The notes under the pieces were generated by a model, which was given only the letters and a program-made list of their open reading frames with translations, did no database searches and had not been told where the DNA came from. From Bdellovibrio sp. (lineage in GTDB: Bacteria; Myxococcota; SpSt-1050), in NCBI GenBank assembly GCA_020725805.1, contig DYEF01000023.1, positions 20,783-84,782 on the forward strand: a DNA stretch of 64,000 bases, given 5' to 3'. Positions 1 through 10,200 of the stretch are shown here, piece after piece. Numbering within the stretch: the first letter of the stretch is position 1; each line of letters begins with the position of its first letter. The position numbers were made by a program, and so were the translations under genes.

Positions 1-2
1 TA

Positions 3-1202
3 GCCAAACTTACCGGCGGCACAAAACTGACGGCAACAGGTATAGCGGTAGGAACGGTCTGGTATATGTCTCCTGAGCAGATCAGAGGTGCAGAACTGGA
101 TGCCAGAAGTGACCTCTACGCACTGGGAATCACCCTTTACGAGGCACTCACCGGACGGGTCCCCTTCAATTCGGAGAGCGATTATGAGGTGAGGAAGAGC
201 CACGTCGAGGTCAACCCGCCATCACCGCTGATGCACGACAGCTCCCTGCCGCAGGCCGCAGAGACGGTCCTCTTAAAAGTCCTCTCAAAAAATCCGGCTG
301 ACAGATATCAGAATGCGCAGGAATTCAAGAAGGCAATCGAATCCATCAGGACATCTCCTCTGGTAATAACACCGGAATATCAGTCTCAGGGGATTCCGAC
401 CGAACAGATACAGAAGAAAAGCAGCAACAAGGGAATTGTTATTGCCCTGATTATCCTGATACTTATCCTCTGTGGCGGAGCGGTCTATTATTTTCTCTTC
501 CACCAGAAGATGCTTGCGCCTCAGGTAAATCCCCTGAGGGCCGAACAGGTTTATATCCCCGCGGGCGAATTTACAATGGGGAGCGAAAAGGGTAAAGACG
601 ACGAAAAGCCCGTGAAGAAAGTCCTTCTATCTGGTTATTACATCGACAAATACGAAGTTACGAATCTTCAGTACCAGAAGTGTGTGGAGGCAAAGATATG
701 CGGTGCACCGCAGGATTTTCTTGTCAACAAATCTCCGTCTGCACCGGTCGTCGGTGTCAGTTACAATGACGCAAAGACATTCTGCGAATGGGCCAAGAAG
801 AGACTCCCGACAGAGGCGGAGTGGGAAAAGGCAGCATCACAGAAGGGAAAAAACACGGAATACCCATGGGGAGACGAAAAACCTGACTGCAAAAGAGCCA
901 ATTTCGTGGAATGTGACCTCAAACTCAAGGAGGTCGGGAGTTTTGTAAGCGGTGCAAGCGGTTACGGCGTAATGGATATGGCCGGCAATGTCGCCGAGTG
1001 GGTTGCCGACTGGTACGACAAGAATGCTTATCTGACCATGAATACCACAAATCCGAAGGGCCCGCTGACCGGTACATACAGGGTTGTGCGCGGCGGTTCG
1101 TTCAAGAGTACATCAATGGATCTGAGAAAGAGTAACCGTATGTATTCATCACCGTCAGAGAGACTTATGACTGTCGGATTCAGATGTGCAAGAAGTGAAT
1201 AG
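3..1202 (+). CDS. Ser/Thr protein kinase (C-terminal part) - TM helix - FGE-sulfatase/SUMF1 domain; 5'-truncated by window edge
   Basis: Frame is open upstream of ATG 66 (AKLTGGTKLTATGIAVGTVWYMSPEQ = activation loop/APE region). SDLYALG...LTGRVPF kinase C-lobe; TM IVIALIILILILCGGAVYYFLF; FGE motifs IDKYEVTN, RLPTEAEWEKA, DMAGNVAEW, GFRC. Confidence 0.9.
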   Translation, partial: AKLTGGTKLTATGIAVGTVWYMSPEQIRGAELDARSDLYALGITLYEALTGRVPFNSESDYEVRKSHVEVNPPSPLMHDSSLPQAAETVLLKVLSKNPADRYQNAQEFKKAIESIRTSPLVITPEYQSQGIPTEQIQKKSSNKGIVIALIILILILCGGAVYYFLFHQKMLAPQVNPLRAEQVYIPAGEFTMGSEKGKDDEKPVKKVLLSGYYIDKYEVTNLQYQKCVEAKICGAPQDFLVNKSPSAPVVGVSYNDAKTFCEWAKKRLPTEAEWEKAASQKGKNTEYPWGDEKPDCKRANFVECDLKLKEVGSFVSGASGYGVMDMAGNVAEWVADWYDKNAYLTMNTTNPKGPLTGTYRVVRGGSFKSTSMDLRKSNRMYSSPSERLMTVGFRCARSE

Positions 1203-1458
1203 TATAACCCTTCTTCTCGACGGACACTGCATAGAGACTACAGCCAGAAAAAGGCTTACAGAGCTGATAAGAAAATCCCTCACAGACGAATCGTCAGATG
1301 AATATTCGGGAGAGATAGAATTTCTCAGGGAATTCATAGAAAGAACAGATTTCAGAAGAATAAGGGCGGATAATCCTTTTCTCGACGGAAGAACAAGGAT
1401 AAAGGTAATTGTTGAACTCAACAGCAGCAGGGAATATCTCTTCAGGATAATCAAGTAG
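1186..1458 (+). CDS. hypothetical protein (90 aa)
   Basis: ORF overlaps the kinase stop, fills the gap and has genome-like codon usage; no recognisable motif; start uncertain (GTG near 1195 possible). Confidence 0.55.
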   Translation: MQEVNSITLLLDGHCIETTARKRLTELIRKSLTDESSDEYSGEIEFLREFIERTDFRRIRADNPFLDGRTRIKVIVELNSSREYLFRIIK

Positions 1459-1566
1459 CTTACCAGTACCCGTCATCCTGATTTTTCAATACAATCAAAT
1501 ATTTTGTTGATATTGAGTAAAATGTTTGTATTATCTCCTCACCTGTATTTTCCAAGGAGTCGTAAA

Positions 1567-2931
1567 ATGTTATTCGAACCCTTCAGAATCAAAATGACCG
1601 AGCCGATAAGAATATTATCAAGGGAAGAACGGGTAAAGAAGATCAAAGAGGCATGTTATAACCTCTTTCTTCTCAGGGCAGAGGACGTAATGATAGACCT
1701 TCTGACAGATTCCGGAACCGGTTCTATGAGTGCAAATCAGTGGTCTGCAATAATGGTGGGTGATGAATCCTATGCCGGAGCAACGAGCTTTTTCAAATTT
1801 GAAGAGACAGTCAGAAAGATTACAGGACTGAAATACATACTGCCGACTCATCAGGGCCGGGCCGCAGAGAGAATACTCTTCGGACTGGTTGCCAGAAAGG
1901 GTATGGTTATCCCGTCCAACACACACTTCGATACCACGAGGGCACTTATAGAATTCAATGAGGCTCTGGCCGTCGACCTTGTTATTGACGAAGGGAAGAA
2001 ACCGTCTGTAAAACACCCGTTCAAGGGGAATATGGACCTGAACAAGCTCGAGGAGACAATAAAAAAATTCGGTCCCGAGAATATTCCGCTCTGTATGATT
2101 ACTATAACAAACAATTCCGGAGGCGGTCAGCCCGTCTCTCTGGAGAATATCAGAGAGACAAAAAGGCTTTTATCGAGATACAAAATCCCTCTGTTTATCG
2201 ACGCCTGCAGGTTCGCCGAAAACGCCTATTTCATCAAGAAGAGGGAGAAGGGTTACGAGAATAAATCGATACTCGAGATAGCCCGTGAGATATTCAGTTA
2301 TGCCGACGGCTGTACAATGAGCGCAAAGAAGGACGGTCTGGTCAACATCGGCGGTTTTCTGGCCCTCAACAACGAGGAACTGGCAATCCGGGCAAAAAAT
2401 ATGCTCATCCTTACCGAAGGATTCCCGACCTACGGGGGTCTTGCGGGGAGAGACCTTGAGGCACTCGCAGTCGGACTGAACGAGGTCTTAGATGAGCAGT
2501 ATCTCTCATACAGAATCGGTCAGGTGGAATACCTCGGGAACAGATTGCTCGAAAAGGGGATACCGATTATCGAGCCGACAGGGGGACACGCAGTATATAT
2601 CGATGCGGGTTCACTCCTTGGTCACATCAAACCCGAGAACTTTCCCGCACAGGCCCTTTCGGTCGAACTCTACATAGAAGGCGGCATAAGGACTGTCGAG
2701 ATAGGTTCTGTAATGTTCGGGAAGAAAGAGGAGTCCGGCAGATTCAAACCCGCTCCCCTAGAGCTTGTCAGGCTCGCAATTCCGAGAAGAGTCTATACGA
2801 TGAGCCATATGGACTACATTGCAGACGTGGCAGGGAGTCTGAAAGAGAGGGCAGAAGAGATCAGGGGATACAGAATTACCTACGAGGCACCGCACCTTAG
2901 GCACTTCACGGCACACTTCGAGCCGGTATGA
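1567..2931 (+). CDS. tnaA: tryptophanase (PLP-dependent beta-eliminating lyase)
   Basis: EPFRIK, LLTDSGT, GDESYAG, THQGRAAE, DACR, SAKKD (PLP Lys), EGFPTYGG. TnaA-type rather than TPL-type signatures NTHFDTT, VEIG, LRHF. Start moved to ATG 1567 after AAGGAG. Confidence 0.88.
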   Translation: MLFEPFRIKMTEPIRILSREERVKKIKEACYNLFLLRAEDVMIDLLTDSGTGSMSANQWSAIMVGDESYAGATSFFKFEETVRKITGLKYILPTHQGRAAERILFGLVARKGMVIPSNTHFDTTRALIEFNEALAVDLVIDEGKKPSVKHPFKGNMDLNKLEETIKKFGPENIPLCMITITNNSGGGQPVSLENIRETKRLLSRYKIPLFIDACRFAENAYFIKKREKGYENKSILEIAREIFSYADGCTMSAKKDGLVNIGGFLALNNEELAIRAKNMLILTEGFPTYGGLAGRDLEALAVGLNEVLDEQYLSYRIGQVEYLGNRLLEKGIPIIEPTGGHAVYIDAGSLLGHIKPENFPAQALSVELYIEGGIRTVEIGSVMFGKKEESGRFKPAPLELVRLAIPRRVYTMSHMDYIADVAGSLKERAEEIRGYRITYEAPHLRHFTAHFEPV

Positions 2932-2981
2932 GTCTCTTGCAGAAGACCGCATCCCGGACAAGCAACCGGGGCAAATTAAAT

Positions 2982-3009
2982 TTGACAACATACAATATCA
3001 TATTATAAT
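2982..3009 (+). promoter_or_regulatory. sigma70-type promoter TTGACA-N16-TATAAT
   Basis: Exact consensus hexamers at 2982-2987 and 3004-3009, upstream of the 3033 ORF-rluD-rlmI unit. Confidence 0.75.
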
Positions 3010-3032
3010 TACTTCTGAAGTTTGGAGTTATT

Positions 3033-3299
3033 ATGCCCCTTATCGACAACGTAGAACAGGCAATCAGACTTGCCAAGGCAATTGCCTCGGACATAGCAAT
3101 CTATCACGAAAACAAGATTGTCGAAGGAATAATCAAGGATAATCTCTTCGAATCGATGGCCGCAATATTCGAAGAAGGCAGAAAACTATACAAGCAGAGA
3201 ATCAAACCCGAAATAGACCCCAATGCCAATCTGTTCGACAGGGCACTTGTGGATGTAATCCTAAAGTCCAAGGCCCACGTGAGATCCAAGATCTGGTAA
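3033..3299 (+). CDS. small conserved hypothetical protein (AxRLAKAIASDIxxY type)
   Basis: GGAG RBS, consensus promoter, abuts rluD start; helical motif resembles an uncharacterised deltaproteobacterial family (from memory). Confidence 0.8.
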   Translation: MPLIDNVEQAIRLAKAIASDIAIYHENKIVEGIIKDNLFESMAAIFEEGRKLYKQRIKPEIDPNANLFDRALVDVILKSKAHVRSKIW

Positions 3300-4262
3300 A
3301 TGCCAGAGAAACTAATAATACAATCCGACAAAGACGAAGAAAGAATAGACAAGTTCATATCATCAAAGACAGACAGACTTTCACGCCAGAAAATAATCGA
3401 ACTCATCAGAAGCGGACATATACTCCTAAACGGCAATATAACAGAGCCCTCTAAAAGAATCAGGACCGGCGACACAATTACAATCAATATCCCGGACCCG
3501 GTGCAGACAGAACTGACTCCACAGGACATCCCGTTCGAAATTATCTACGAGGATGAAGATATACTTATCATCAACAAACCGTCTGACCTCGTCGTACACC
3601 CCGCGTGCGGGCACAAGGACAATACTCTCGTAAACGCCCTCCTCTTCAGGGTCAGCTCCCTGTCAAGGCTCGGAGGAGATATAAAACCCGGCATCGTTCA
3701 CAGACTCGACAAGGGGACGAGCGGGCTGATGCTGGTAGCAAAGAACGATTACATTCACTCAAAACTTGCAAAGATGTTCGAGCGGCACACAATAAAAAAG
3801 TTCTACAGACTCATTACACATTCGGTCCCGCGCCAGCTCTCGGGGACAATCGAGACACTCTACGGCAGAGACAAAAATAACAGGAAAAAGTTTACAACTA
3901 AAGTCAGAGAAGGTAAAAAGGCAATAACGGTCTACAGAACACTAAAGAGATTCGGCAGGATTGCCTCCTACATAGAGGCACAGCTTATAACAGGCCGTAC
4001 ACACCAGATAAGAGTTCATTTTTCGGAGATGGGATGCCCGATTATCGGAGATGATTTCTATTCAAGAAGGAGAACCGGGAGTTTCGAAAATGAGGTACTG
4101 AAGGAAAAGATAAAATCGCTGAATCACCCTCTGCTGCACTCTTACAGGGTCGAATTTACACATCCAAGACAACAGAAATGGATGGTATTCTCTGCCGAGC
4201 CGCCGCAGGATTTCAGAGAGATTTTAGGATTATTCGAGGAGATATATGCAGAAAACGAATAG
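3300..4262 (+). CDS. rluD: RluA/RluD family 23S rRNA pseudouridine synthase
   Basis: N-terminal S4 domain, INKPSDLVVHP, GIVHRLDKGTSG (catalytic Asp), TGRTHQIRVH. Confidence 0.9.
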   Translation: MPEKLIIQSDKDEERIDKFISSKTDRLSRQKIIELIRSGHILLNGNITEPSKRIRTGDTITINIPDPVQTELTPQDIPFEIIYEDEDILIINKPSDLVVHPACGHKDNTLVNALLFRVSSLSRLGGDIKPGIVHRLDKGTSGLMLVAKNDYIHSKLAKMFERHTIKKFYRLITHSVPRQLSGTIETLYGRDKNNRKKFTTKVREGKKAITVYRTLKRFGRIASYIEAQLITGRTHQIRVHFSEMGCPIIGDDFYSRRRTGSFENEVLKEKIKSLNHPLLHSYRVEFTHPRQQKWMVFSAEPPQDFREILGLFEEIYAENE

Positions 4263-5412
4263 GATAATTGTTTCAGACAAAGGTAGGGAGAGAATCATCT
4301 CCGGACACAAATGGGTATTCCGCTCTGACATCGCAGAAGACAAATCGGACAATTCGGATATCGTACTTATATTCGACAAAAAGAGGCATCTTCTCGGAAC
4401 CGCCCTTTACTCAAGAGATTCACAGATTGCATTGAGGTTGATGAGTACAGACGAGATAACAGATGTAGCAAAACATATCGAAAACTCGCTTGATTCTGCG
4501 ATAAGATACCGTAAATCACTGAATCTCACGGGCGACTGTATGAGAATAATCCATTCTGAGGCAGACAACCTGCCGGGTCTGATAATCGACAAATACTCTG
4601 ACACCATTGTATTTCAGATACTCACCCGCCCGATGGAGAATCTGAAGGATATCGTTATACAAAAGATCGTAAACACACTGAATCCCGTGCAGGTATTCGA
4701 AAAGAACGACTCCGGCACGAGGGATATCGAGAAACTTCCGAAGATTCTTCAGACCGTCTACGGTACCAAAAGGGATAATCTCTTCTGCACCGAAAATCAT
4801 CTTGTCTTCTATGCAGACCTCATAAACTCACAGAAGACATCCGAATTTTTAGACCAGAAAATCAACAGATTCATCCTCGGACAGAGAGGAAGCGGAAGAG
4901 TACTTGATCTGTTCTGCTATCACGGCTGGTTTGGATGCAATATCAGGAATTACAGTGAACTCATTATCGCAGACTCATCAAGAGAGGCACTCAGAATAGC
5001 CGAAATAAATCTCAAGCTCAACCAGAAGAAGAATTTCTCTGTAAAAGAAATAAATGTCTTTGATTTTCTGAGGACACTGGACAAACAGAATGAATCTTTC
5101 GACACAATAATCCTCGACCCTCCCGGATTCATCAAGAGCAAGAAGGACCTTAGAAGCGGATATTCGGGATATAAGGAAATAAATCTGAGGGCGATGAAGA
5201 TACTGAAGAGAGACGGGATACTGGCAACATTCTCCTGCTCTTATTATATGAGCAACGAAGAATTTCTGAATATGCTGCGGGATGCCGCAAAAGATGCAAA
5301 AGCCGAATTTATTATAGAGACGAGTCTTAGCCAGTCCCCCGACCACAGAGAGCTTCTCGGCTTCCCTGAATCCCATTACCTCAAAGGATACCTTCTAAGA
5401 AAGGTAAACTGA
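4246..5412 (+). CDS. rlmI: RlmI-family SAM-dependent rRNA m5C methyltransferase
   Basis: PUA-like N-terminus (GHKWVFRSDI), SEADNLPGLIIDKY, QKT..FLDQ, VLDLFCYHG, ILDPPGF, TFSCS, YLKG. Confidence 0.82.
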   Translation: MQKTNRIIVSDKGRERIISGHKWVFRSDIAEDKSDNSDIVLIFDKKRHLLGTALYSRDSQIALRLMSTDEITDVAKHIENSLDSAIRYRKSLNLTGDCMRIIHSEADNLPGLIIDKYSDTIVFQILTRPMENLKDIVIQKIVNTLNPVQVFEKNDSGTRDIEKLPKILQTVYGTKRDNLFCTENHLVFYADLINSQKTSEFLDQKINRFILGQRGSGRVLDLFCYHGWFGCNIRNYSELIIADSSREALRIAEINLKLNQKKNFSVKEINVFDFLRTLDKQNESFDTIILDPPGFIKSKKDLRSGYSGYKEINLRAMKILKRDGILATFSCSYYMSNEEFLNMLRDAAKDAKAEFIIETSLSQSPDHRELLGFPESHYLKGYLLRKVN

Positions 5413-5446
5413 ATGCCGACTGACTATTGGCTGTAAACCCATATTG

Positions 5447-5525
5447 AACTTCAGCTCTCTCGCCTTCAGCCCTTCAGCACTATCCTGTCTGTGGACTGTA
5501 GACCTTGGACTTCTTCTGTGGACTA
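5447..5525. repeat. short imperfect heptamer tandem repeats between convergent genes
   Basis: CTTCAGC x3 and GTGGACT/GTAGACC/TTGGACT/GTGGACT units. Confidence 0.45.
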
Positions 5526-5530
5526 TACCA

Positions 5531-7069
5531 TCACTTCCACCGGTAATCTATCCCTATCGAGACGATTGGACCACCGAAGCCCTCTTCATCCCATTCTTTT
5601 TCATACTCCATCTTATTTGTCTCGGGATTGCAGACAAGTGAGTGACTCTTTCTCTTTTTGTAATCAAAGACCGCCGCACCACCTATAGAGACAGGAATAA
5701 TCAATGTCCCGTCTCCTCCGTTACCCCTCACGAAATTCTTTATCCCTATCTCACCCATAAACCATCCGGCCTGTGAATATGCCCAGTGCGAAAAAAGGTT
5801 CACGCTTTTGGAGACGGGAGCGGATATTTCTATATCAAGACTGTTCCATGCAAATTCATATTCCGCCTCTTTTCCTGAATCACAGGGGTCACCCTCCTTA
5901 TTAACTCCTCCTGCTGCCACATCTGCACCGACAAAACTCCAGCTGCTGTGCTTCTCCTGATAGATGAATGAGTTTCGCATAGTAAAACTCAGTCCGTCTA
6001 TCGCACCAAGTCTGACCTTCTGCATAAAGAGAAAGTTTCTCTGCAGATCGTGTCCCGAATAACTGTATCCCGTGCCGAGTCCGACCTCGAAGAGGTCTGT
6101 ATTATAAGAGGGGATTATGTCAATCTGGAAAGGGCTCGTATTATCCGTTGAAAATAAAATTCCCGCATTACTTATTCCGGCCTCGAGCTTGAGCGGAAAA
6201 GAGAATGTATAGTCATACATAAGACTAATCAGAGTACCGACGGTCAGGGTCTCGACACCGATAAACGGAGCAACTCTTCCGTAAATCCTCTGCAAATCCT
6301 TTTCGTATGACGGGGCATACAGACTTTCGGAGAGAGGCTTTTCGGTTAGCAGGGCGACATCTCCCACATAAGCCCTGTTCCCTCTTCCTATTCTTATCAT
6401 ACATCTGTCCTCGGATACCTGAACAACCGGTGAGACTGCGGTCTGCTCTAAAGACGGCATCATCTCATAACTCTTTGTCCTGAGATTATATGTCTTTTTG
6501 AGTTCAGATGAGAGTATCTCGAACTTCATATTCTTTTCTATCCCGTCCTTTGAGCCGAGATTGATTATTGCATATCCCGGTGTCACTTCGATTACCTTCC
6601 CTTCCGGCCTTTTCTGCTCCTTCAAATCCGGCTTCTGCTGAGTAACTCCAGCGACAGAGCCTGCAGTCTTCTTGTTCAGAAGTTCATTTGAGAATGAGGT
6701 GACCGAGACCTTGCCGTCCGGTTTAAGGACCAGAGGAATCTGGGAATATGTGGCCAGTACGGCATATATCTGCTGACCATCCGTTTTGAACCTGACCACC
6801 TCACCATAGGTCTGTATGTTCTGCAGTTTTTCGGGCTTCTTCTCTTTATTCAATCTGTATACCTCAATGCCCTCCGACCCCCTTGCTACCATCAGGTACT
6901 GGTCTGCGATGATACAATCAAACACTTCGGACGATTCTATCCTGAAAAGTTCGCTCTCCTTTTCGTTAACTATCACCTGACCATTCTCAACCTTGCAGTT
7001 CATCTGGTCGGCATAAATCTCACTTACAAAAAGAGATACCGCAATAAAAATACCTAATACATACTTCAT
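5531..7069 (-). CDS. secreted/outer-membrane protein (LVIVD-like repeat, FlgT-C-like segment, C-terminal beta-barrel)
   Basis: Signal peptide MKYVLGIFIAVSLFVSEIYA after GGAGG; YLMVARGSEGIEVY; GKVIEV..GYAIINLGSKDGIEKNMKF; amphipathic strands ending IGIDYRWK. Confidence 0.7.
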   Translation of the reverse strand: MKYVLGIFIAVSLFVSEIYADQMNCKVENGQVIVNEKESELFRIESSEVFDCIIADQYLMVARGSEGIEVYRLNKEKKPEKLQNIQTYGEVVRFKTDGQQIYAVLATYSQIPLVLKPDGKVSVTSFSNELLNKKTAGSVAGVTQQKPDLKEQKRPEGKVIEVTPGYAIINLGSKDGIEKNMKFEILSSELKKTYNLRTKSYEMMPSLEQTAVSPVVQVSEDRCMIRIGRGNRAYVGDVALLTEKPLSESLYAPSYEKDLQRIYGRVAPFIGVETLTVGTLISLMYDYTFSFPLKLEAGISNAGILFSTDNTSPFQIDIIPSYNTDLFEVGLGTGYSYSGHDLQRNFLFMQKVRLGAIDGLSFTMRNSFIYQEKHSSWSFVGADVAAGGVNKEGDPCDSGKEAEYEFAWNSLDIEISAPVSKSVNLFSHWAYSQAGWFMGEIGIKNFVRGNGGDGTLIIPVSIGGAAVFDYKKRKSHSLVCNPETNKMEYEKEWDEEGFGGPIVSIGIDYRWK

Positions 7070-7274
7070 AAATCCTCCCTGAAACAATCTGCATCTGAAC
7101 TCCTTTTATCACAGGCAAACTGTCAAGTCCAGATTTATGTCCTTGCCGGGAGAGCTTATGACACAGAAGTCTATATAGCCGCAACCGGAGTCTTTTCAGT
7201 TGAAAAAAGAGGGATATCAGATAGAATCGGCGTCTATGAAAGAGATGAACAATCAATCCAGAAGGTAGATCTCG

Positions 7275-10200
7275 ATGGAAAGGGAGATACTTTTTTGCAT
7301 AACAGCTCTTCAGATGGGGCTCGCGACTCCCGAATTGCTGAAAAATATCGGTAAAGAGCTTTCGGAGAAGAAGATAGGCTCAATCCGTGCAGAGCTTATC
7401 AGAAGGGCATCGATTCCGCCCGAAAAAATCAAGACAATAGAGCAGGCTGTGGACCTCTCCGCCTCTGTACACAACGGCAATTATAAAAAAATACTTTCGC
7501 AGAAGATATACCGCAAACTTGTCAGAGAAGCCTTCGGTGATTCCATCAGCATAAGCCATACCGGAGAGCTCAGACCTTCATACCCCAGAATAGTAGACGA
7601 CGAGACAATGACCGATATCCATACGGTGACGGAGGAATCACCGGAGAGATATTCACAGATAAAGGAGATAGGAGCCGGAGGAATCGGAAAGGTATTACTC
7701 GTATATGACCGGCATACAGGAAGAAATATTGCAGTAAAGGAGCTTCTTCCGGATATCAATCATCAGGTCTCCTCAGATTCGGTAATCAGTCCCGACGAGG
7801 CAAGATTCTTAAGAGAGGCGAGACTGACCGCCCAGCTGGAACATCCGTCCGTTGTCCCCGTCTATGAGATAGGGAGAAAACCGGACAACTCCATCTACTA
7901 CACAATGAAATACGTAAAGGGCAGGACGCTCTCGGATATAATCAGGAGCTCAAGCAGTCTCAATGAAAGACTCAAATTCCTGAGTCACTTCCTCAATCTC
8001 TGCAATGCCATCGCATACGCACACTCAAAAGGAGTCATTCACAGGGATATCAAACCACACAACGTTATGATCGGGGAGTTCGGAGAGACAGTCGTACTTG
8101 ACTGGGGGCTGGCGAAGATAAAAGGGACTACCGACACAGAGAACGAAAAATTTGCCAACCAGATGAGATTGCTGATGGATGCTGCGGCAGGAAAGACGGT
8201 AGCCGGAGAGGTAATGGGAACGCCGCAGTATATGCCGCCCGAACAGGCGTGGGGAGATGTAAACAATATCGACGAAAAGAGCGACATATACTCCCTCGGT
8301 GCCGTCCTCTATGAAATTCTGACAGGATTCCCTCCTTTCGACGGAGATTCTCCTTTGGAAATAGTCAAGGCAGTCAGGGCATATTCGCGCGGAGAAAAAA
8401 AACTCGTACCGGTAAAGGAGGAAGAGCCGGAATCTCCCGACGAACTCGCCGCAATAGCCGAAAAGGCACTGTCGGCTGACAAGAACAGGAGATATCAGTC
8501 TGTCGTTGACCTCATCGACGACGTCGAGGCATATATAGCGGGTCGAAAGGTGAGCGGACACAGATATTCGGTCTTCGCCTACCTGCGCTATATATTTAGA
8601 AGGGGAAAAAGGTCGCTGTTATTCGTTCTTACGGTCCTCACAATTCTGGCTCTCGCAACCTTTCTGCTCTATCGGACAAACAACATCAGATATGAGAATA
8701 TTTTCAGACTATATACAGAAAAGGCGCTGAATAATATTGAAAAAAATGACTTTCTCTCCGCCGCATACTATGCAGCACTCGCATCGGATATCAAGATGGG
8801 ACCGAATCCGCTGACCAGTATTCAGAATAATCAGATAGCATCGTCGCTTATTGGTGCCACCACCATAAAAGAGAAGAGTATAACATCAATCTCGGTATCG
8901 GATGATTCGAGATTCCTTGCCACCGGCACCGATGACGGGACAGTCTTTTTATATGAACTGGCGACATTAAAGACAACCGGAAAGGCGTCATTTCCGTCAG
9001 CTGTCTCGAAAATAATCTTTTCCTCAGAGGGAGATAAACTTGCAGCAGGTTTTTCGGACGGAAATATCAGGATATTCAATCTTCACCCCTTCTCGCTCGT
9101 CAAGGTAATCAAGGATTTTTCAACTCCGGTAAAGTCGCTTGTTTTTTCAGAAGGAGGGAAATATCTCTTCGCCGCTGCCGGAAACATATCTTCAGAACAG
9201 AGACAAGTGGCCGATTGCTCAATCAGGATATACTCTACCGGGGCATACAAATTTATCGATAATCTAACAGGACATACGAAATCCGTAAGTAATCTTTCAA
9301 TACTTGATTCCGGAAAGTATCTAATATCATCCTCTTACGACGGCAACATTATAGTCTGGGACATATTCAGCAAAAAGGAGATTAAGAGATTTACACTCGG
9401 GACTCCGGTCTTAAACCTTTCTGTAGCGAAAGACTTTCCTGTTTTTGCCCTCACTGAGGAGGGTAAGTTATTCTCACTCAGTATCTCTTCCGAACCGGCA
9501 ATTATCTCTATCAAATCATACAACCACAATATTATTACGGCAGGTGCCGGCAGCATAATCACCGGAGGAGGGGCATACGACGGCGAAAAATGCAGATTCT
9601 GCGACCTGAAGATATATGACCTGCAGAAGAACATTAATATTGTTCAGGGTTTCAGGTTCAGGATAACCGACATTGTACTGACTTCTGACACAAAACACAT
9701 AATTGTATCTGACGACAGAGGGAATATCTTTATCTTCAAACCGGCAAGCCTGCTTTCAAAACCATTTAAGGTTCAGTACAAATATACTTTGGCAGATCAG
9801 TTAGCTGGTATGAGATGTCTGAAACACATACAGAGCTGCTTTGCAACAGACAGGTCGATGAACTTTTATACCCTGCTGCCTGACAGGGTTGAATCAGAGA
9901 CCGCTTACAAATTGCCAAAGGCTATCGAGCACGGTAACTTCTATATAGTCGACAGAGATACAATTATCATCAACACCCCTGACAGGGAAGTCTATTATGC
10001 AAATCCGGCCAAAACGGTATATAAGAAGATATTTGCCGAAGCTTTAAAGATTCAATCCCTCAGAATAAGCAACAACAACGAATACATAGGTATCACGGAT
10101 ACAGAAGATACTTTCTATCTTCTGAAAAAATCGGGAGGTGAAATATCCGATACCCTCATCAGGGAAAGAAACGTACTCGGTTTTAACTTCCTGCCGGATT

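Noticed and set aside
1459-1566. TnaC-like leader peptide upstream of tnaA
   Set aside because: No short Trp-containing ORF in the ~100-nt leader; the ORF-track extension from 1504 lacks an RBS.
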